A stretch of 64,000 bases of DNA from Betaproteobacteria bacterium (GCA_032128415.1 JAQBGW010000134.1:4667-68666), one strand, 5' to 3'; positions 1 through 9,135 are shown, numbered from the stretch's first letter. Notes: generated from the sequence alone by a model not told the origin. Numbers and translations are program-made.

Positions 1-512
1 ATCTCGACTGGGCGCTGGAAACGACAGCGCCGCTGCTGCTCGATGCCGATGCCTTGAATCTAGTTGCCGCCTTTCCTGAATTAAAAAACAAATTAAAACA
101 AAGAGTTATACCTACCCTGCTGACGCCGCATCCGGCTGAAGCAGCACGGTTGCTGGCCTGCACGACAGCCGAGGTGCAGCGCGATCGCGTCGCTGCCGCA
201 TTGCGACTCGCCCAAGAATGCAATGCCGGTGTTGTGCTCAAAGGTGCGGGCAGCATCTGCGCCTGGCCCGATGGCCACTGGGCCATCAATACTTCGGGGA
301 ATCCCGGCATGGCCAGCGCCGGCATGGGCGATGTGTTGACCGGCATCATCGTGGCACTGCTGGCACAAGGCGTTGATGAACGGCATGCATTAACTGCGGG
401 GGTATATCTGCATGGCGCCGCAGCGGACATCATGGTTGCCACCAGTAACGGCCCCATCGGTCTCACTGCAAGTGAAGTCATTGACGCCGCACGCGTGCTG
501 CTGAACCGCTAG
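1..512 (+). CDS. nnr: NAD(P)H-hydrate dehydratase (YjeF C-terminal carbohydrate-kinase domain), 5' end cut by the window edge
   Basis: The reading frame is open from base 3 (LDWALETTAPLLLDADALNLVA...). It continues with GAGSICAWPDG...NTSGNPGMASAGMGDVLTGII, typical of the YjeF/Nnr dehydratase domain. Confidence 0.8.
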   Translation, partial: LDWALETTAPLLLDADALNLVAAFPELKNKLKQRVIPTLLTPHPAEAARLLACTTAEVQRDRVAAALRLAQECNAGVVLKGAGSICAWPDGHWAINTSGNPGMASAGMGDVLTGIIVALLAQGVDERHALTAGVYLHGAAADIMVATSNGPIGLTASEVIDAARVLLNR

Positions 513-515
513 AAA

Positions 516-899
516 TCAGGCGCTCAACGCGCGCACCACGTACAAACCAAGCATGGTCATCGCCAGCGAGCCTAGCAGATGACTGCCGATGAGCAGCATC
601 GCCCAGCCATAGCGCGCCTCCTGCAACAGCATCACCGCCTCGGCTGAAAATGCCGAAAACGTCGTCAGGCTGCCGAGAAAACCGGTAATCACGAATAAAC
701 GATATTCGGCAGGCAATGTCGCGTGCTGCAGGAAAAATTCCAGTGCAGCACCTACCAGGAAACCGCCCGTCAGATTGGCAACCAGCGTGCCCAGCGGCAG
801 CGCCGGCACCATGTGATTTAACCCAACAGCCAATCCCCAGCGTGACCACGCGCCCAGCGCGGCGCCTATGCCGATTGCGGCGAAAGCGGTGTAATTCAC
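516..899 (-). CDS. crcB: Fluoride ion channel CrcB/FluC
   Basis: 127 aa with four TM segments. The N-terminus AIGIGAALGAWSRW and the motif LGTLVANLTGGFLVG are typical of the CrcB family. Confidence 0.9.
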   Translation of the reverse strand: MNYTAFAAIGIGAALGAWSRWGLAVGLNHMVPALPLGTLVANLTGGFLVGAALEFFLQHATLPAEYRLFVITGFLGSLTTFSAFSAEAVMLLQEARYGWAMLLIGSHLLGSLAMTMLGLYVVRALSA

Positions 900-909
900 G
901 TGCTACACC

Positions 910-2472
910 TTAGCCTGTGACGCCGATATTCCAGGGCACGTATTCGTGATCGCCCAGACCCAACAATTCGCTCTTGGTTTTTTCACCTGACGCGGTGCGC
1001 AGCATCAAATCGAAAATCTTCTGTGCGACATCGGACAACGATGCCGTGCCTTCGAGGATTTCGCCACAGTTGATGTCCATGTCCTCGCTCAGACGGTTGA
1101 ACATGGGCGTATTGGTCGCCAGCTTGATTGACGGCACGGGTTTGGCGCCGAACATTGAGCCGCGGCCAGTGGTGAACATGATCATGTTGGCGCCGCCGGC
1201 AATCTGGCCGGTGGCCGAGGTCGGATCAAAACCCGGGGTGTCCATAAACACAAAGCCTTTGTCCGTCACCGGCTCGGCATAGCGGTACACCGCATTCAGC
1301 GGCCCGGTGCCGCCCTTCATCGAAGAACCCAGCGATTTCTCGAATATGTTGGCAAGGCCGCCGGTTTGATTGCCGGGGCTGACCACGCCGTTGATCTGCG
1401 TATCGCGGCCGACCGTGTACACGTCCTTCCACCAGCGGATGCGCTCGATCAGCTTTTCACCCACTTCGCGGCTGCGCGCACGGCGCGTCAGCGTATGCTC
1501 GACGCCATAGATTTCCGGCGTCTCCGACAAAATGAAAGTGCCACCATGACGCGCCAGAATATCCATCGCCGCACCCAGTGCCGGGTTGGCGGTAATCGAG
1601 GAAAATCCATCCGAACCGCCGCACTGCAGACCCATCATCAGATGACTGGCCGGCACGCGCTGGCGCATCACCTTGTTGGCCTCGGGCAGCATTTCCTTCA
1701 ATGCGGCAATACCCGCCTCGATAGTCTTGCGGGTGCCGCCGGATTCCTGCATCACGAAAGTCTTCAGCCGCGGACTCACCGCAAGGTTCTCATCCTTCAT
1801 CAGGCCCTTCAACTGGTTGCGCTCGCAACCGAGTCCGACGATCAGCGCACCGGCGAGATTGGCGTGCTTCGCGTAACCGGCCATGGTCCGTCGCAGCAGA
1901 TCCATCGGCTCACCGGTCATTTCCATGCCGCAGCCGGTACCGTGGGCGAAGGCGCACACGCCGTCGATGTTCGGATACTCCGCCAGCCGCTCCGGCGTGA
2001 AGTATTCGGCGATCTTGTGCGCCACTGTTGCCGAACAATTTACTGTTGCAAGGATGCCCAGGTAATTCCGCGTCGCCACCTGGCCATTGGCGCGGACGAT
2101 ACCCATGAATGAAGCACGTTCGGCTTCGGGCAGCATGTCCACCGGTGCGTAGTCGCGGGCATAAGCGTAATCACGATCGAACTCGCGGAACTCAAGATTA
2201 TGCGAATGCACGTAAGTGCCGGCCGGAATGTCGGCCGATGCGAAACCGATGGTCACCGCGTATTTGAGGACAGGCTCGCCCTGCTTGATCACCCGCGATG
2301 CAATCTTGTGGCCGGCGGGTACCTGGCTTTTCGACGTCAACCCACCTTCGAGTTTGGCGCCGATGGCGATGTCGCCGCGTGCAATCAGCACATTGTCGTC
2401 CGTGTGCAGCCGGATCGCGAGTCCCGCTGCGGGTTTGTCCTTGATGGTTATAACGCCGTCGTCCATGGCCAT
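910..2472 (-). CDS. UxaA-family hydro-lyase (altronate/galactarate dehydratase-like)
   Basis: 520 aa. An N-terminal SAF-like domain (IRLHTDDNVLIARGDIAIG) is followed by a UxaA/GarD-like body (CSATVAHKIAEYF..., GCGME, LGLQCGGSDGFSSITANPALG). Confidence 0.8.
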   Translation of the reverse strand: MAMDDGVITIKDKPAAGLAIRLHTDDNVLIARGDIAIGAKLEGGLTSKSQVPAGHKIASRVIKQGEPVLKYAVTIGFASADIPAGTYVHSHNLEFREFDRDYAYARDYAPVDMLPEAERASFMGIVRANGQVATRNYLGILATVNCSATVAHKIAEYFTPERLAEYPNIDGVCAFAHGTGCGMEMTGEPMDLLRRTMAGYAKHANLAGALIVGLGCERNQLKGLMKDENLAVSPRLKTFVMQESGGTRKTIEAGIAALKEMLPEANKVMRQRVPASHLMMGLQCGGSDGFSSITANPALGAAMDILARHGGTFILSETPEIYGVEHTLTRRARSREVGEKLIERIRWWKDVYTVGRDTQINGVVSPGNQTGGLANIFEKSLGSSMKGGTGPLNAVYRYAEPVTDKGFVFMDTPGFDPTSATGQIAGGANMIMFTTGRGSMFGAKPVPSIKLATNTPMFNRLSEDMDINCGEILEGTASLSDVAQKIFDLMLRTASGEKTKSELLGLGDHEYVPWNIGVTG

Positions 2473-2594
2473 ACTCCTCAGTCAACAGACGCTATTTTAT
2501 CGGGATTGTGTCTGGCAAAGAATGGGCGGAACCGATTTATTGATTGGCAATCGACAATATCTCAAAAAAATACACTCCGGCATCCATCACTCGA

Positions 2595-2816
2595 TCACTC
2601 CGAGGTTCCATGCGATACGGGTTGCGCCACCAACCGGACTCCCAAAGCGGCGCAAACCCGACTGACTGTTTCGAAGCGCGGCTGCGCATTGGGTCGTAGA
2701 TCCTTGCACAGCGCTTCGCGGGTGAGCCCGAAAGTTGGCAATATCGAGGAATGGCGGATTGATCGGCCAGCGGACCTGACCCTCAGAAACATCAGCAAAA
2801 AATGGACAATGCCCAT
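2595..2816 (-). pseudogene. Possible degenerate XRE/HipB-like helix-turn-helix remnant
   Basis: The C-terminal stretch GLTREALCKDL...NAQPRFETVSRVCAALGVRLVAQP resembles the end of small XRE/HipB-type regulators, but the central HTH part is missing. A second overlapping frame (2587-2889) is also open. No partner gene is present. Confidence 0.2.
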
Positions 2817-3047
2817 GCGGAGCTGGAAAGCTGTCCTGAACCACTTTACTATCGATCTCGAAGAACAGATTCAGAGTGGCAGGACTCACCAGGAGAAGCA
2901 GGTTTGCTTAAGTCATTGCGCGCGAGCACTTCAATCCCATTAATTCCGAGCAGTCGAATTTTCCTGCACAAAATCCCCAATGCGAGTACAGCATGTGCGC
3001 CGTTTAGCCAAGCCCGCAGTGTATGGACCCCACGGAGCCACACCGCT

Positions 3048-3875
3048 TTGCTGCTGAAGGCGGGGCTGATCGCACTTTGTTGCGGCGCGACGCCCGCCCG
3101 TGCTGCAGATCTGCCGCTCTGGGAAGCAGGCGCAGGTGTCGCCGTAATCAATTTCCCCGACTATCGCGGTTCGGAGCAACGGCGCACCTGGGTGTTGCCT
3201 TACCCTTACTTCGTCTACCGCGGTGAATCCGTGCGCGTCGATGATCGCGGCATGCACGGCTTGTTCTTCAAGAGCGATCGCGCGGAGCTGGACGTCACCG
3301 TGAGCGGATCGCCTCCCGTTGACAGCACCAAGAACAATGCGCGGCGCGGAATGCCCGACCTCGACCCGACGCTGGAGATTGGCCCTACCTTGAACTTCAT
3401 CCTGTGGCGCACGCAGGACAGGCTGCGCAATCTGGAGCTTCACCTGCCGCTGCGCGCGGTCATTGCCACCGATTTTTCCCGAGTACATCACGAAGGCTGG
3501 GTATTTCAGCCAAATGTCGAAATCACCATCAAGAACTTTGCCGGGAATCAGGGATTAAAATCCAATCTGATGGCCGGTCTGAATTTTTCAAGTCGCCGCT
3601 ACAATCATTACTATTACGCTGTTGATCCGGCATTCGCCACGACGGACCGCCCGGCCTATGCTCCCGGTCACGGTTACGCGGGTGCGCAAATAACCGCCAG
3701 CCTCAGCAAGCGATACCAGAATTTCTGGGTTGGCAGCTTCGCCCGGTGGGAGAACCTGCGCGGTGCAGTGTTCGAAGACAGCCCGCTGGTGAAAGATCAC
3801 GACTACTTCGCAGTAGGCATCGCCATTTCCTGGATAATCGGCGAATCAAAAACCAGAGTCCCTGACAGGGAATAA
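3048..3875 (+). CDS. mipA: MipA/OmpV-family outer-membrane protein
   Basis: Motifs LWEAGAGVAVINFPDYRGSEQ...LPYPYFVYRGE...DDRG and a C-terminal aromatic-rich beta-barrel. The ORF opens at 2802, but the in-frame TTG at 3048 gives a plausible signal peptide (LLLKAGLIALCCGATPARA/AD). The exact start is uncertain. Confidence 0.75.
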   Translation: MLLKAGLIALCCGATPARAADLPLWEAGAGVAVINFPDYRGSEQRRTWVLPYPYFVYRGESVRVDDRGMHGLFFKSDRAELDVTVSGSPPVDSTKNNARRGMPDLDPTLEIGPTLNFILWRTQDRLRNLELHLPLRAVIATDFSRVHHEGWVFQPNVEITIKNFAGNQGLKSNLMAGLNFSSRRYNHYYYAVDPAFATTDRPAYAPGHGYAGAQITASLSKRYQNFWVGSFARWENLRGAVFEDSPLVKDHDYFAVGIAISWIIGESKTRVPDRE

Positions 3876-3981
3876 CCGGTTCGGCTCACACCAGCAAGTC
3901 TGCTCTGCGGCCCGCGCCGATCACTTGGACACGCTGTACATTCTGTTTGCGCTGCACGCCACCTGGTGCACTGGAAGGCAC

Positions 3982-4200
3982 ATGGCCTGGATCATTGCCA
4001 AATATTTCCTGACTGCTGCCGTCGTCGTGCTGGTATCGGAGATCGCCCAGCGCAGTGACCGGTTTGGTGGTTTCGTGGCAGTGGTGTCGATGGTAACCGT
4101 GCTGGCGCTGATCCGGAAATTCCAATGGAAAAATCCGATGAGGTCAAAGTGCGCCCCTTTGACTTTTAACTCAACAGCCACTGCAACAGCAGATGGGTAG
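3982..4200 (+). pseudogene. DUF3147-like small membrane protein, apparently truncated
   Basis: MAWIIAKYFLTAAVVVLVSEIAQRSDRFGGFVA...VTVLALI resembles the N-terminal half of DUF3147 proteins. The hydrophobic C-terminal half is absent, and the 3' end overlaps the convergent gene at 4166-4765. Confidence 0.3.
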
Positions 4201-4765
4201 GAAGATAAACCAAAACCGGAAAGCCCACGATCGGCACAATCAGATAAACCAGCGGCGGGACGTGTTGCTGCGGCTTGTCGCCCAGCCCGAACGCCCAGTT
4301 CACGTTCAGTTTCGGGGCAGTCAGACTAAAGGTAAGAATTAGCACGATCCAGCACAGCAGCGTCTGCGCCGGCAGCGCCTGTGGTGCATAGCCCAGACGC
4401 ATGACCGTCCACACCAGCAGCACCGGCATGAACACGTGAAACAGCGAGAGCGCCCTGAGGTAGCGCGGATAGGCAGGATCGAACATGTAATCCGCAACCC
4501 CTGGCACCCCCTTCCCTGTCATGAGTTGCACAAAAAAGCTCACGTTCCACACCACGTCCAGCAGCAGTACCGCGAGCGCCATCATGCTCGCGAGCAGGCT
4601 GTTTTCCAGCCATAGCGCCGCGACCATGCCCAGCAACGTGATGTCGGAAAACCACAGGAAATTGGCGAGCGGGTACTTGCGCGCATACACCACCACGGTG
4701 ACGCACACAAACAGGGAGTAGGCCAGTTTGATCCACAGCGGGATCAGCGTGCTTTCGAGTGCCAT
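4166..4765 (-). CDS. Hypothetical polytopic membrane protein
   Basis: 199 aa with about six hydrophobic segments and genome-typical codon usage. I recognise no family. Confidence 0.6.
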   Translation of the reverse strand: MALESTLIPLWIKLAYSLFVCVTVVVYARKYPLANFLWFSDITLLGMVAALWLENSLLASMMALAVLLLDVVWNVSFFVQLMTGKGVPGVADYMFDPAYPRYLRALSLFHVFMPVLLVWTVMRLGYAPQALPAQTLLCWIVLILTFSLTAPKLNVNWAFGLGDKPQQHVPPLVYLIVPIVGFPVLVYLPTHLLLQWLLS

Positions 4766-4993
4766 ATCTGCCCGGCCTTATGCCAGCCTGAAAAATGTCT
4801 GGAGTTACCGTGAATTCGCCGGCAACCAACAACGGCTTAGAAGAAAACGACTCCGGCACTGAGATTACTTCGCGTACTGCACATTACTCCGATTGAAATG
4901 CGAACTGCGGTCAGCAAAGGCTCAGGAAACACTCACTCCGACATCAATCGTCCAAAGAAATCGGGCTCCGCTCCCCCATATCACTAGTGACCG

Positions 4994-5281
4994 CTATTTG
5001 TGCGTAATAGGCTTGTCCGTGAACAGGAATTCTTTCAACTCTTTGGAAAACGTCGGATCCTTGCGCCGGATCCATTCCAGCACCATGGCAGCGTGTTCTT
5101 TCTCCTCGTCGCGGTTATGTGCCAGGATCGCTTTCAGTTCCGGATCTTTGCAAGCATCCGCGCGCTGGTTGTACCAATCCACGGCCTCCAACTCTTCCAT
5201 CAGCGAAACTATCGCACGATGCATATCGCGCGTTTCATTGGACAATTCTGCTATTGGCTCGTGATAACCCTCGTTGGACAT
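4994..5281 (-). CDS. Encapsulated-ferritin-like (EncFtn family) ferroxidase, lacking a cargo-targeting tail
   Basis: 95 aa. HEPIAELSNETRDMHRAIVSLMEELEAVDWYNQRADACKDPELKAILAHNRDEEKEHAAMVLEWIRR is near-colinear with Rhodospirillum rubrum EncFtn as I recall it. The Glu/Glu/His ferroxidase positions (EELEAVDWY, EEKEH) are included. Confidence 0.85.
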   Translation of the reverse strand: MSNEGYHEPIAELSNETRDMHRAIVSLMEELEAVDWYNQRADACKDPELKAILAHNRDEEKEHAAMVLEWIRRKDPTFSKELKEFLFTDKPITHK

Positions 5282-5302
5282 TACGTTCTCCTTGGTTCGC
5301 GC

Positions 5303-5698
5303 TCAAATTTCCGTCGGCACAACAGGCAGCACGCGGGTTCTCTTGCGCAATTCGGCATAAGTCAGCCATAGCAGAAAGACCGGAAAAATGAAACCTACAA
5401 ACAGTGGAGTGAAGCTGACGATCCACGTCAGTGTACTGGTCTCGCTGGAGTATAAATCCCAAGCTCTGAGCGCCAGCGGCAACACCGTAAACAGGATAGC
5501 CGGAACCATAAACCAAATCCGGTTGCCCACACCGGCGTTGGCGCGCTGCGCGCAGACAAAAGTGACCGCCGCAACGAAGACCGCCGTCGCACCACCGGCG
5601 GCGGCATTCGCCATGCCAATTACTACTGTTGTGGCTTGATAGATAAACAGCAAAATCAACGCAGCACCCACCAAGCGTCGCAGCGTGATATCCGTCAT
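5303..5698 (-). CDS. Hypothetical membrane protein (about 4 TM), likely co-transcribed with the EncFtn-like gene
   Basis: 131 aa with four hydrophobic segments. ATG start. Its stop lies 21 bp upstream of the EncFtn-like start. Confidence 0.6.
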   Translation of the reverse strand: MTDITLRRLVGAALILLFIYQATTVVIGMANAAAGGATAVFVAAVTFVCAQRANAGVGNRIWFMVPAILFTVLPLALRAWDLYSSETSTLTWIVSFTPLFVGFIFPVFLLWLTYAELRKRTRVLPVVPTEI

Positions 5699-5771
5699 AT
5701 TGTGATCTTCAGGGAGATCAGTTTCATGATTGAGTATAGGAAATTTTTACTATTTCATAACTTCGCATAGC

Positions 5772-7022
5772 TTACCGCATATTAGCCGGCGCTTCGCTCT
5801 GCCACAGATGCCTGCGCCAGTACGTAGCAATCAGCACAATAACTGCGATACCGAACATGCAATAACTGGTAGCCATCGCCGCATAACCGAAGTGCGCAAT
5901 CAGTGGACCGGCCAGCAGCAGGCCCGGCAGATTACCGTAAATGGCCATCATGCGTATGCCCATGATGCGCCCGCGATAACGCTGATCGGTGTTACGCAGC
6001 AGCACGGCGTTGATGGGGATCAGGCTCATGGACTGCATGCACCCCGCGAGCATGAGTACCAGGATGCCTGCAGCAGGATGTGTCGTTTGCGCAAACACCA
6101 TCAACAGCACCAGCCAGGCTGCGCCGAAAGCGAGCATCGCACGCGCCGGACGAAACGCGCCACCAAAGCGACTCATGATGATCGAGCCGGTCAGCGCACC
6201 GCTGGCGGCCGCCGCGACCATGGTGCCGAGCGTGCTCTGATCGGCACCATAGACCACTTTCGCCACGTAGGGCATCAGGCCGTTGAACAACGGGAACGCG
6301 GTGAGATTGAGCAGAAAAGCAAACAACATGGTTGCGCGCAGTTGCGGCGATCGCCAGACATAGGACAACCCTTCCCGCAATTCGCGCCACGGCGTGGCCC
6401 TCTGTTCCGCGGTCGCATGGTGCGCCATGCGTGCGCCGCCGGTTTGCAGCGTCAGCACCACACTGATGACGTAAAAACAAACAACAACTGCATACGCCGG
6501 CCCCATGCCCACCACCGCAACCAGGCCGGCGCCGGTCAGCGCACCAGCGATCCGTGCTGAATCCTGCGTCGTGCGCTGGATGCTCATCGCCCCCATCAGT
6601 TGCGCCGGTGGAATCGTTTCGCCGACCAGCGCAGTACGCATGCCGATGTCGGACGGCCGCACCAGCCCCAACACCGCGGTAGTCGCCAGCACGATGGTCG
6701 GAGTTACCGCACCCATGAACGCGAACACCATCAGCAGCGACGCCAGCCCCGCATATAGCGCACGCATAGCACACAGCATATTGCGATGGCCGACACGGTC
6801 GCCCATGACGCCGAACATGGGTGCGAGCAGCGTGCCGATGTATAGCAACGACGCGAAGATGGTCAGCATCAGCACCGAACGGGTCTCGACCAGCACATAC
6901 CAGCCGAGGATCAGCATTTCCATTTCCAGCGCCCACGAAGTTGCCATATCCGCGGGCCACTGAAAACGGAAACTGCGGACACTGAACGGCGCAAGCATCG
7001 GACTACGTGATGACAGACTCAA
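5772..7022 (-). CDS. MFS transporter
   Basis: 416 aa with about 12 TM segments. The MFS-type loop GVMGDRVGHRN follows TM2. Confidence 0.85.
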   Translation of the reverse strand: MSLSSRSPMLAPFSVRSFRFQWPADMATSWALEMEMLILGWYVLVETRSVLMLTIFASLLYIGTLLAPMFGVMGDRVGHRNMLCAMRALYAGLASLLMVFAFMGAVTPTIVLATTAVLGLVRPSDIGMRTALVGETIPPAQLMGAMSIQRTTQDSARIAGALTGAGLVAVVGMGPAYAVVVCFYVISVVLTLQTGGARMAHHATAEQRATPWRELREGLSYVWRSPQLRATMLFAFLLNLTAFPLFNGLMPYVAKVVYGADQSTLGTMVAAAASGALTGSIIMSRFGGAFRPARAMLAFGAAWLVLLMVFAQTTHPAAGILVLMLAGCMQSMSLIPINAVLLRNTDQRYRGRIMGIRMMAIYGNLPGLLLAGPLIAHFGYAAMATSYCMFGIAVIVLIATYWRRHLWQSEAPANMR

Positions 7023-7047
7023 GGCAAGCCTCCGCTTTGATTAATCA

Positions 7048-9135
7048 TCAATCCAGCACCATCAACCAGTCGACGGCAATCGCACCCTGCGGCCCGGCGA
7101 GCACAGGATTGAGGTCCAGTTCTGCCAGACGCGGGCCGGCCGCGGCGCCGAAGCACGACGCCGCACTGATCATGCGTGCGATGGCTTGTCTGTCCACCGG
7201 CGGCCTGCCGCGCACACCGTCCAGCATGACACGGCTTTTCAGTTCATCAAGCATGCGCAGCGCTTCAGCCTCGGTCACCGGCGCTGCGCGAAACACTACA
7301 TCCTTGAACACTTCAATCAGTACCCCACCCAACCCCACCATCACCACCGGACCGAAGGTCGGATCACGCTTGAGGCCAATCACCAGTTCCACATCGCCCT
7401 CCGCCATCGCTTGCACCAGCACGCCGGTAATGCGGGCCTCAGCTTTGTAGTGTTTGCCATTGGCGATCAAGGTGTCGAAGGCTTTGCGCACGGCGGCAGC
7501 ATCGCCGAGATTCAGTGCCACGCCTTGCGCCTCGGTCTTGTGCAGGATGTCTGGCGATTCAATCTTGAGTGCTATCGGATAACCCAGAACTTGCGCAGCG
7601 GCCACGGCTTCATCCGCTGTTTTAGCCAGTCGCGCCGCCGCAGTAATCACGCCAAACGACCGCAAAAGCGCCTGCCCCTCAATACTTCCTACTGCGCCGG
7701 TGACGGCAGGCAGTGCAGGCTTGGCCAACTGCAGCGCCTCGCGCGCAGGCTGATCGCTCAGCCAGTGCCGGCGTGCCTCGGCATAGCGCACCAGCGCTGC
7801 AACGGCATCGACGGCTGGTTCAGCACCACGCAGCACGGCCATGCCTGCCGCATGCAGTTGCGTCACTGCGGTGGCAGGGGCGGCAACCCAACAAATTACC
7901 CAAGGTTTGTTCACTATCTTATTGATTTTGTTGAATATTTTAACAAGGCGATCGACATGGGCGTCCATCAATTGCAGCCAGACGATGCCGATATGCACGT
8001 GGGGATCGTCCATCACCGTACGCACGCTGTCGTACAGCATCTCGGGATCAGCAACGAATTGTCCAGTCACATCGACTGGATTCACCGTGGTGCCAAAACC
8101 CGGTATGACTTTTTTCAGCGCATCGCGAGTCTGCACGGTGAGTTCGGCGACCTGCAGACCGGTTTCTTCGGCACGATCCGCCATCAGCACACCGGCGCCG
8201 CCGGATTGCGTGACAATGCCTATGCCGCAGCCTGCCGGCAGTTTGCACGCAGCCAGCACTTCAACAATATCCAGCATATGTTCTTCATTGCGCGCACGGG
8301 CGACGCCGAGTCCGCGCATCACGCCGTCGAATACCGCATCAGCGCCGGCCAGCGCACCGGTATGTGATGCTGCTGCTTTCGCGCCTGCAGCGGTACGCCC
8401 GACTTTAGTCAACGTCAACAGCTTGCCCTGCGTCAGCGCCTGCGCCGCCAACGCCTTCAGGCCAGCACCATCGCGCACGCCTTCGAGATAACCGGCGCCG
8501 ACGCGGATGCGATCATCGTCGAGCACAGCACGCATCACCTGCACAAAATCGACATCGCATTCATTGCCGGTGTTGACGAAATAGCCCAGCCCCAGCGCGC
8601 GGCGCCGCGCCAGCGCAGCAATCGCCGTGCCGAAAGCGCCGGACTGGGTCACAAAAGCCACTGGCCCCGGCGGCGTCGGACCCTCGGCAAACTGGCCGAA
8701 AGTGGCAATGACCCGATCAAAGGCGTTGATCAATCCCAGACAGTTGGGACCGCACAACCGCAGCCCTGCAGCGTGCGCAGCGGCGGCTACTTCCTGCTCC
8801 AGTGCCCGCCCTGCCTCGCCCATCTCGGCAAATCCCGAACTGAATATGACCGCGGCACGTCCGCCGCGCTGTGCCAGCTGACGCACGGCGACCAACACCT
8901 GCGCTGCCGGCACCGCGATCACCGTGAGATCCGGGGTCTGCGGTAGCGCCGCAATATCCGGATAGCAGCGCATTCCGGCAATCTCAGCATATTTCGGATT
9001 GACCGGATAAATACGTCCTTGATAAGCCTTGTCGAGCAGGAAGCGCAGCGTGCGGCCGTTGATCTTGCTGAGATCGGCAGAAGCGCCGAGGATGGCGATG
9101 GACCGGGGGCTGAGTAAAGCCTGCAGATTATTCAT
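7048..9135 (-). CDS. Acetate--CoA ligase family protein (ADP-forming acyl-CoA synthetase; CoA-binding, succinyl-CoA-ligase-like and ATP-grasp domains)
   Basis: PRSIAILGASADLSKINGR (CoA-binding), a LCGPNCLGLIN / QSGAFG type ligase core, and a C-terminal ATP-grasp (GYPIALKIESPDILHKTEAQGVALNL). The ORF is open to a TTG at 9186; the ATG at 9135 (MNNLQALLSPRS) matches family N-termini. Confidence 0.85.
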   Translation of the reverse strand: MNNLQALLSPRSIAILGASADLSKINGRTLRFLLDKAYQGRIYPVNPKYAEIAGMRCYPDIAALPQTPDLTVIAVPAAQVLVAVRQLAQRGGRAAVIFSSGFAEMGEAGRALEQEVAAAAHAAGLRLCGPNCLGLINAFDRVIATFGQFAEGPTPPGPVAFVTQSGAFGTAIAALARRRALGLGYFVNTGNECDVDFVQVMRAVLDDDRIRVGAGYLEGVRDGAGLKALAAQALTQGKLLTLTKVGRTAAGAKAAASHTGALAGADAVFDGVMRGLGVARARNEEHMLDIVEVLAACKLPAGCGIGIVTQSGGAGVLMADRAEETGLQVAELTVQTRDALKKVIPGFGTTVNPVDVTGQFVADPEMLYDSVRTVMDDPHVHIGIVWLQLMDAHVDRLVKIFNKINKIVNKPWVICWVAAPATAVTQLHAAGMAVLRGAEPAVDAVAALVRYAEARRHWLSDQPAREALQLAKPALPAVTGAVGSIEGQALLRSFGVITAAARLAKTADEAVAAAQVLGYPIALKIESPDILHKTEAQGVALNLGDAAAVRKAFDTLIANGKHYKAEARITGVLVQAMAEGDVELVIGLKRDPTFGPVVMVGLGGVLIEVFKDVVFRAAPVTEAEALRMLDELKSRVMLDGVRGRPPVDRQAIARMISAASCFGAAAGPRLAELDLNPVLAGPQGAIAVDWLMVLD

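Noticed and set aside
900-909. Fluoride riboswitch upstream of crcB
   Set aside because: Only 10 nt separate crcB from the preceding gene, which is too short for the roughly 50-nt crcB motif. I could not recognise the motif in the 3' end of the upstream gene by eye.
1366-2112. Long ORFs antisense to or overlapping recognised genes
   Set aside because: Examples: 1366-2112, 2200-2943, 5730-6560, 5992-6960, 7186-8367, 15175-16071, 16123-17001, 29566-30510, 32007-32678, 38673-39428, 40186-40917, 44222-44956, 46976-47878, 49194-50126, 53514-54181, 54948-55748, 55660-56385. These are shadow ORFs typical of GC-rich DNA. Their products are Arg/His/Pro/Ala/Gly-rich low-complexity strings with no motifs. 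Each lies wholly inside a confidently assigned gene on the other strand or in another frame.
2802-3047. N-terminal 82 codons of the 357-aa ORF containing MipA
   Set aside because: This part is hydrophilic and non-homologous, and it overlaps the minus-strand remnant. A signal peptide starts at the in-frame TTG at 3048, so the long form is probably an ORF-calling artefact.
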